Positions 55,705 through 64,000 of a stretch of DNA of 64,000 nt are shown piece after piece. Each line of letters starts with the position of its first letter. The first letter of the stretch is position 1. Made by a program: the position numbers and the translations under genes. The notes below the pieces were generated by a model. It did not search any database and was not told the DNA's origin. It saw only the letters and a program-made list of their open reading frames with translations. Origin of the DNA: an uncultured Candidatus Saccharibacteria bacterium (GTDB lineage Bacteria; Patescibacteriota; Minisyncoccia; Phycocordibacterales; UBA6065); contig CAZBVG010000001.1 of assembly GCA_964495425.1 (NCBI GenBank), positions 20,054 through 84,053 of the forward strand, given 5' to 3'.

Positions 55705-57117
55705 CTATTCTACCTCACCTAAGAATTTTTTTCCGAGTGTAAAGAGGATATCTTCACGACCACATGGGGACGTAAGCTGCACGCCAATTGGGAGTTTTTT
55801 GCCATCAACCATCTTTTCACCCGCTGGGATAGATACTGCTGGAGCACCAATAAGATTTGCAGTTACGGTAAAGATGTCTTCAAGATACATTGCAACCGGA
55901 TCAGAAGTTTTTTCACCTATTTTAAAAGCAGGTGCAGGTGCTGTAGGGGTAATAATTGCATCCACTTTTTCAAAAGCTTTCGCAAAATCAGCCTTAAGGA
56001 GTTCACGCACCGCAAGCGCCTTGTTGTAATACGCATCATAGTATCCCGATGATAGTACGTACGCGCCGAGCATAATGCGTCTTCGTGCTTCTGGGCCAAA
56101 ACCGGATCCGCGTGACAAAAGATAATCTTCAAGGAGGTTTGCTCCCTCTTTATGCAGACCATATTTCACTCCATCAAATCGAGAAAGATTCGTTGAGACT
56201 TCTGCAGGCATAAGGACATAGTAAACCGCGAGAGAATATTCGATGTGAGGCAGCTCGATATCTTTGATTTCATACCCTAGCTTTTTGAACGTAGAAAGTG
56301 ATTCTTCAAAAACCCTCACAACATCTTTATCGATGCCATCACCCTTAAGGAAATGTCGAGGAACACCAATTGTTTTTACTGATTTTCCTGCACCCCCTAC
56401 ATCTATAGACGTTGAATCCATCCGATCCTTACCTTTCATTGCGTTAAAGAGAATCTCCGCGTCAGAGACGGTCTTTGTAGCAGGACCAATGACATCAAGG
56501 GATGAACCCATAGCCATAAGACCGTGTCGAGAAATAGAGCCGTACGTTGGTTTTAAACCCACAATACCGCACAAAGATGCTGGCTGGCGCACTGAGCCAC
56601 CTGTATCAGATCCAAGCGCTGCAAGTGCCATATTTCCCGCTACAGCGGCAATTGAACCACCTGATGAACCACCAGGAACACGGGAATGATCGTGAGGATT
56701 TTTTGTAAGACCGTACGCAGAATTTTCTGTAGATCCACCCATAGCAAACTCATCCATATTTACACGACCCAAAAAGACAACACCTGCATCTTTAAGTTTT
56801 TTAATAGCTGTCGCGTCATACGGTGCAACATAGTTTTCAAGAATTTTTGATGCAGAAGAAGCCTTTCTTCCTTCAATCAAAATATTGTCTTTGACAGCGA
56901 TCGGAATACCAGCAAGCATATTACCCTTCTGCACCTTCTTTTGAGCTGCATCGGCCTGCTTCAATACGTCGTCAAAAACTTCAAGATACGCATGAATATC
57001 ACCGTCTTTCTTTTTTATCTCATCTAGATAGGCCTTGCAGAGATCACGAACAGTATAATCACCCTTAACAAGGGCTGCGTGCGCTTTTTCAATGGTAAGT
57101 GTTGTAAGATCGATCAT
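55705..57117 (-). CDS. gatA: Asp/Glu-tRNA amidotransferase subunit A
   Basis: KDNI, DEFAMG, PGGSSGGS, GSDTGGS, RRIMLG.YVLS.GYYDAYY. Confidence 0.96.
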   Translation of the reverse strand: MIDLTTLTIEKAHAALVKGDYTVRDLCKAYLDEIKKKDGDIHAYLEVFDDVLKQADAAQKKVQKGNMLAGIPIAVKDNILIEGRKASSASKILENYVAPYDATAIKKLKDAGVVFLGRVNMDEFAMGGSTENSAYGLTKNPHDHSRVPGGSSGGSIAAVAGNMALAALGSDTGGSVRQPASLCGIVGLKPTYGSISRHGLMAMGSSLDVIGPATKTVSDAEILFNAMKGKDRMDSTSIDVGGAGKSVKTIGVPRHFLKGDGIDKDVVRVFEESLSTFKKLGYEIKDIELPHIEYSLAVYYVLMPAEVSTNLSRFDGVKYGLHKEGANLLEDYLLSRGSGFGPEARRRIMLGAYVLSSGYYDAYYNKALAVRELLKADFAKAFEKVDAIITPTAPAPAFKIGEKTSDPVAMYLEDIFTVTANLIGAPAVSIPAGEKMVDGKKLPIGVQLTSPCGREDILFTLGKKFLGEVE

Positions 57118-57118
57118 A

Positions 57119-57424
57119 TTATTGTGAGCCACCCAAAATCTTTTTTACTTTCACATATAAACCGTCTTTGGTTTTCTCATGCTTTGGCGCGAGGTTAATG
57201 AGTTTTTCTGTGTACTCACCTCCAGGCAATGGATTCACGTCTTCTCGAAGCACATTTTTATTTACCGACATGACAGGTCCATGTTCTACTCCTTTAGCTG
57301 ACTTGAGCTTATCTACATATGCCAAAATAGCCCCCATATCCTTCTGCATACGGGTAATTTCGTCTTCAGAGAGCTTGAGACGAGAGAGATGTGCGAGTTT
57401 TATAACTTCTTCGCGGGTAATCAT
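57119..57424 (-). CDS. gatC: Asp/Glu-tRNA amidotransferase subunit C
   Basis: EEV.KLA.LSRL, NVLRED; upstream of gatA. Confidence 0.92.
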   Translation of the reverse strand: MITREEVIKLAHLSRLKLSEDEITRMQKDMGAILAYVDKLKSAKGVEHGPVMSVNKNVLREDVNPLPGGEYTEKLINLAPKHEKTKDGLYVKVKKILGGSQ

Positions 57425-57459
57425 AAGATGTAGGTTTTCACTATAGCAAATTCACTAAA

Positions 57460-59472
<2,013 letters not shown>

Positions 59473-59523
59473 TTAAGATTACGGCGTTTAAGGTAAAAGC
59501 GGAAGGGCCGAGCAATGGTCGAA

Positions 59524-60045
59524 TTAGTAGTGGACCTGGAGACCTCGTTCCACCTTATTTGGATCTGTACTTGCACAATCCATGTTGTAACCTCGTGAAT
59601 CTATATCAGTTTTTACGATTCCGCCTACTAATGTTTTAGAAACAGTAACAATTGCACAATATGGCGCTGAGTTACCCAAATAATCCCTGTTCGGAATACT
59701 TACATTAAACCGTGTTGCTGCATACGAAGGTGTTCGTGCACCAACGAAATTATCGATAGTAATTGCCTGGCCAACGCAATCAGGATTAGCAGGCACAGCT
59801 GTTCGTGGGTTAGATGATGTAGCAAAAATATCTACACCTTTTGCATCCCAGTAGAGTGCACACTCCGCTCCGGTATCTGCAGCATAAAACGCAAATTGAG
59901 ATTCACGTCCCGATGAAGATAAAATGAGTTCCTTGAGCGTGAGATTAAAAATAGAAATACCAATCGAGAGGAGCACACTAGAAATAAGCACTGCGAAAAG
60001 TAGTGCAAATCCCTTGTTATTTGAAGTGTGAGTAGTGTTTTTCAT
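59524..60045 (-). CDS. PilX-like minor pilin
   Basis: KGFALLFAV N-terminus, AFYAADTG.ECA. Confidence 0.85.
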   Translation of the reverse strand: MKNTTHTSNNKGFALLFAVLISSVLLSIGISIFNLTLKELILSSSGRESQFAFYAADTGAECALYWDAKGVDIFATSSNPRTAVPANPDCVGQAITIDNFVGARTPSYAATRFNVSIPNRDYLGNSAPYCAIVTVSKTLVGGIVKTDIDSRGYNMDCASTDPNKVERGLQVHY

Positions 60046-60046
60046 A

Positions 60047-60613
60047 TTAGTAATTGAAAATATGCTCACGAATGGTAAACGTTCTCGTCGGTGTAAACAA
60101 ATTGGTATTCCATGAAATCGTAACAGCAATTTCGGCCTCTTTAGGAGAATTCGGGGTGCTTATAGATATTGTTCGGGTGAATTTTGTTTGCTGCCAGCCA
60201 CTTCCATATCCATAAATACCTTCTGTTGTATCAAAGAGAAGCGGCTGACATCCTGAAAGCGGACACGAGAGAATTGCCTGTGGATTAGTAAACGGATCCG
60301 AATATCGCGCATCAATCGTACATTTTTCGCCCGCGCCCGTATCAAAACACAGTGAGAGTCCATCGAGCCATCCTGCACTACCGGTTATACGATTGGTATC
60401 ACGCATGTTTCGAATGTACTCCACAGCTTCCTGTGCGAGATAAAAAGCGGTGATCTGATCTCGTGCATATATTGCAGATGCTACTCCCTTTTGAGCAATC
60501 ATGAGAGGTGCAGTAACTGAAATCGCCAAAATCGAAATTGCCACCATACCTTCAATCAAGGTAAAGCCCTTTGTATTTCCCTTATCCTTAAATATTCGTG
60601 AGATACATTTCAT
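60047..60613 (-). CDS. type IV minor pilin (PilV-like)
   Basis: GFTLIE prepilin motif, AFYLAQEA.E.IRN.RD. Confidence 0.88.
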   Translation of the reverse strand: MKCISRIFKDKGNTKGFTLIEGMVAISILAISVTAPLMIAQKGVASAIYARDQITAFYLAQEAVEYIRNMRDTNRITGSAGWLDGLSLCFDTGAGEKCTIDARYSDPFTNPQAILSCPLSGCQPLLFDTTEGIYGYGSGWQQTKFTRTISISTPNSPKEAEIAVTISWNTNLFTPTRTFTIREHIFNY

Positions 60614-60617
60614 AAAA

Positions 60618-61193
60618 TTATAAATCTAGAGCACGCTGCGATACCGTTGTCTGAATATTAAAATCAGATTTTGAATTACCCGCCCCTGAATATCCAGAGA
60701 TAGTAAATACGACCTTTGGCTGCTTTCCATCTGAATTTCCCGTACCGATTACGTAAAATTTAAGATCTGTAATTGTTATTTCTTCTGCCGTAATTGGATA
60801 TGTTGAAGGTGATGTACCGTAAATTCGCTTCTCAATTCGCCCTCCAGAAAGCGCATATTCTATCTGATCATTGTTATCAAGCGGATCGTAAAAACTATCA
60901 CCATCAACATCACGATTCGCTTTGTACAAAAATCGAGCTCCGGGAGAAATTGGGCAATCGCCTGATCCATCACACGCGTACCGCGTGCCAACACGAATGT
61001 CCCTCATCATGCTTTCAAGTGCAAAATTAAGGTTCGTCATTACAGATTTAAGACTATGGCTCTTTCGGTTTGCTTCGATAACTGAAAACACAGCACCTGT
61101 CGCAACGAGCATCACGATAGAAAAAATAGACATCGACACGAGTACCTCGATGAGAGTAAAACCTGAGTTAGATTTTTTTGAATAGTATTTCAT
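60618..61193 (-). CDS. type IV minor pilin (PilW-like)
   Basis: GFTLIEVLV prepilin motif. Confidence 0.88.
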   Translation of the reverse strand: MKYYSKKSNSGFTLIEVLVSMSIFSIVMLVATGAVFSVIEANRKSHSLKSVMTNLNFALESMMRDIRVGTRYACDGSGDCPISPGARFLYKANRDVDGDSFYDPLDNNDQIEYALSGGRIEKRIYGTSPSTYPITAEEITITDLKFYVIGTGNSDGKQPKVVFTISGYSGAGNSKSDFNIQTTVSQRALDL

Positions 61194-61198
61194 ACGTA

Positions 61199-61825
61199 TT
61201 AATCACATACAGGGCTAGCGTTTGTAGCGACAGAAATCTGTCCCGTAGACTCGACCACCACCTTTCGTTTCGTTCCAGCACTCGGCGAAAGCACACAGAT
61301 TTCAGCTTTACCAAAACTTGTGCCATTTACTCGAATATATGCATCGGGATTAGGACGGATGAATGAAATATCCACGATCGTTGGCGTACAATCACCATCG
61401 ACGCATATTCTTGAAATTCTATTCCCTCTTTGGATGTAGAACGTTTCAACTACATTTTCGTATGAAACTCCGCATTCTGACATGTCACAATAATGATCCG
61501 GTGGAGTTCGATCTTCAAAAAGGTAATATCTGGTCGGAGTAGACATATCAAATCGCATTCCGTAGCCGGAATCGAATTTATTTGCATCCAGCGCTGTTCC
61601 CTTTACTGTAATACCGTATATCTGAGCCTGACGCACTGAAAGACCTATTTCATACGCGAGATTTGTAAGCAACACACTACCATTAAAGTCAGTGTGATTT
61701 AACACCGCAACAGAAGTCACGACAGCAAAAATCGCGATTGAGACGAGAAGTTCAACAAGTGTAAAGCCCGCATTCTTTTTAACCGGTTTATCCTGCTTTT
61801 TCGACTTGCGAAAGAAAAAACTCAT
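61199..61825 (-). CDS. type IV minor pilin (FimT/GspH-like)
   Basis: GFTLVELLV prepilin motif. Confidence 0.88.
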   Translation of the reverse strand: MSFFFRKSKKQDKPVKKNAGFTLVELLVSIAIFAVVTSVAVLNHTDFNGSVLLTNLAYEIGLSVRQAQIYGITVKGTALDANKFDSGYGMRFDMSTPTRYYLFEDRTPPDHYCDMSECGVSYENVVETFYIQRGNRISRICVDGDCTPTIVDISFIRPNPDAYIRVNGTSFGKAEICVLSPSAGTKRKVVVESTGQISVATNASPVCD

Positions 61826-61834
61826 ACGTATGTA

Positions 61835-62644
61835 TTATACAGCCAAAACTGAAAGAATCGCCCCCATGTTTATCCCACTTAGCCAAATGATAAGAAAACC
61901 CAAGAGTATATAGGGTCCAAAAGGAATTTCTGATTTAAAACCGAGCCCGTAATTTGTGTGAGAAAACTTTTGAATAAGAATAACGAGCAACGAAACAATC
62001 GAACCTATCCAAAATGAAAGGAGTATCGCCGCGATTCCACCTGATAGTCCTAAAAACCACCCAACCGAAAGGGCTAGCTTTGCATCACCAAGACCCATCC
62101 ACCTTCCCTTTGAGACAAACCAAAAAAAGAAAAAGAAGCAGAATAAGATGGGACCCGCAATGAGTGAATACAAATCGAGCACCCGCGTCGAATAGTACGT
62201 GACACCGATATATATTAGTGAAAGCACGGCTGCACTATACGAAAAGAGGTCAGGAATAATTTTATGTCGAAAATCATACAGACAAATAACAACGTACAAA
62301 GAAAGAAGTGCGAGAGTGATGATGCCTAAAAGTATTGGAATGAGCGCGAAATCCTGTAAAGGATTTTTAATATACGTAAGTGCAAATAAACAGCCGGTCG
62401 CAAATTCAACAATGGGATACTGCCAAGAAATAGTTGTTCCGCACTCCTTACACCTCCCTCCTTGAATAAGAAAACTAAATAAAGGAAATAGTTCTTTCCA
62501 CGTGAGTTCCTTTCCGCATGAAAAACATTTTGAGCGGCCGTGCGCAATTGATCGGCCCGTATCGAAACGCAAAATGACAACATTAAGAAAACTACCTATG
62601 ATTAAGCCTAAGATAAATAAACAGCCACAGATATACCACATCAT
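61835..62644 (-). CDS. pilD: prepilin peptidase
   Basis: GSFLNVVI.R, two CxxC pairs, GLGDAKL, PFGPY. Confidence 0.93.
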   Translation of the reverse strand: MMWYICGCLFILGLIIGSFLNVVILRFDTGRSIAHGRSKCFSCGKELTWKELFPLFSFLIQGGRCKECGTTISWQYPIVEFATGCLFALTYIKNPLQDFALIPILLGIITLALLSLYVVICLYDFRHKIIPDLFSYSAAVLSLIYIGVTYYSTRVLDLYSLIAGPILFCFFFFFWFVSKGRWMGLGDAKLALSVGWFLGLSGGIAAILLSFWIGSIVSLLVILIQKFSHTNYGLGFKSEIPFGPYILLGFLIIWLSGINMGAILSVLAV

Positions 62645-62647
62645 GGT

Positions 62648-63058
62648 TTATCGTTGGACCTTATAATTCGCCGTAGAGCCAGAAGGTGAACTGGTGCAGT
62701 TTACTGAACCTTCCGGTGGAGTTCTCTCGAGCGTAGCACCCAGACAATATCGCGACCCAGTAACCATATATTCATAATTACCGCCCGAAGGATCGGTTGG
62801 AATTGACGGTATATACTTTTGATCAACAAGAATAGTTAATGCAGAAATATCATTACCTGGCGGATATGCTCGATTAACATCATGATAAAGAGCCAAGCCA
62901 ATTTGAATAGTACGAAGATCGCCAAGTCGAGCTTCATCACGCGCCTTCTGTCGCGCTGCTTCAGATGAAGCAACTACTATGGTTGCAAGAAAACCGAGTA
63001 TCACAATAATGATAATAACTTCAACAAGTGAAAATCCTTTCTGATGTGTTTGTGACAT
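62648..63058 (-). CDS. type IV pilin / GspG-like pseudopilin
   Basis: GFSLVE, AR.KARD..R..D, P.DP. Confidence 0.88.
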   Translation of the reverse strand: MSQTHQKGFSLVEVIIIIVILGFLATIVVASSEAARQKARDEARLGDLRTIQIGLALYHDVNRAYPPGNDISALTILVDQKYIPSIPTDPSGGNYEYMVTGSRYCLGATLERTPPEGSVNCTSSPSGSTANYKVQR

Positions 63059-63071
63059 TCAATAAAACAAA

Positions 63072-63509
63072 TTATGGGCAGACACCAGCAGCTGCAGTAG
63101 AATCCTTATAATTACCCGAATTATCTATACACCAAGCACCGCCGCCTCGTAGAGGACTCACAGACAAAGCCCATTGTTTACCCCCGTTTGATGTAGAGCA
63201 TGTAAATGTTGCTGCCGGTGCCGCATCAAGCAATATTCCGGCTTTTATCTCTACCATCTGTGGATCAGCAAAAACACCACTCGTGCAATCCGCCACATCT
63301 GTCGTTGCACCCAAGCCGGTTCCGAATCCCCCGTTCTCATTAAAATATATCTCTGCCTGAGCAAATACTTGTCTAAAACTTGCCTTGAGAGCACCGTCTG
63401 CACCTTTTGCTCGCGCACTGATTAGCGATGTTGAAACAAAGGCTGCAAGCAAAGCAATAATTGCGATTACAACAAGAAGTTCTACGATGGTGAAGCCTTT
63501 AGTGCGCAT
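63072..63509 (-). CDS. type IV pilin
   Basis: GFTIVELLVVIAII, WCIDNSG. Confidence 0.9.
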   Translation of the reverse strand: MRTKGFTIVELLVVIAIIALLAAFVSTSLISARAKGADGALKASFRQVFAQAEIYFNENGGFGTGLGATTDVADCTSGVFADPQMVEIKAGILLDAAPAATFTCSTSNGGKQWALSVSPLRGGGAWCIDNSGNYKDSTAAAGVCP

Positions 63510-63593
63510 TGGGATGCATTAAATGATATAGGCCCATTATAGCAACAAAATAAAACCGCCCGCTAGCAAGCGGACGGTTTTATGTGGAAAAGA

Positions 63594-64000
63594 CTAGTTA
63601 CAAACTCCAGCTCCTACGTTGTTAGCAGGTGTTGAGTTCCATGAGATCTGCTTTGCTACACCTGAAGATGAGATGCAGTATCCCAAAGACGTGTCGCTCT
63701 TAAGTCGAGCTGCAACTGTGTAATAACCGGTACCTGCACCGCAAGCAATTGTACCTGCCTGTGCATATACTGATGTGATTGCTGCCTTAACAGTTGGGTC
63801 AGAAATAACTGATGTTGCCGCACCTGTGCATGAAGCATCAGATGTTGTTGCAAGAGTACCGTAGCTTGAGCTGTTGTTATCGTAGTAAAGCTCAGCCTGT
63901 GCTCGCATGTTGTTAAGACCAGACTTGATTGCTGCATCTGCACCCTTGTTTCGTGCTGTTGAAAGTGAAGCCAATACAACAGATGAGAGGATACCGATGA
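63594..64000 (-). CDS. type IV pilin (probable major pilin), 5' end outside window
   Basis: Frame open to window edge: IGILSSVVLASLSTARNKGADAA..; followed by terminator. Confidence 0.88.
   Translation of the reverse strand, partial: IGILSSVVLASLSTARNKGADAAIKSGLNNMRAQAELYYDNNSSSYGTLATTSDASCTGAATSVISDPTVKAAITSVYAQAGTIACGAGTGYYTVAARLKSDTSLGYCISSSGVAKQISWNSTPANNVGAGVCN

Overview
This looks like a chromosomal segment of a small-genome Patescibacteria (CPR, probably Parcubacteria) bacterium using genetic code 11. The lineage is inferred from the compact genes, very short leaders, a shortened RF2, a TrmB-type regulator and a long type IV pilin cluster. Housekeeping content includes lexA (with a GAAC-N4-GTTC box in its promoter), a cyclophilin, a cardiolipin synthase, ABC-F, DEAD-box and PIF1 helicases, ftsEX, prfB, nfi, gatCA, ligA, pilD plus pilins, and six tRNAs. 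There is also a GH6/GT2/GT-C/GH8 glucan locus. An accessory island at about 20.1-30.85 kb abuts tRNA-Gln. It carries a decayed phage-like element (ParB-methylase, terminase small subunit, truncated terminase large subunit, large serine recombinase), a C4/CI-like antisense RNA locus and a three-gene unknown operon. The most striking feature is at 29.2-30.2 kb: three consecutive small genes are each preceded by the same cassette. The cassette is CGGTTT, a covarying hairpin with a GWCCWTA loop, a self-cleaving ribozyme, a boxA-like sequence and the start codon. The ribozyme is a twister in two cassettes and a hammerhead in the third. All RNA structures were folded by eye; no database searches were run.
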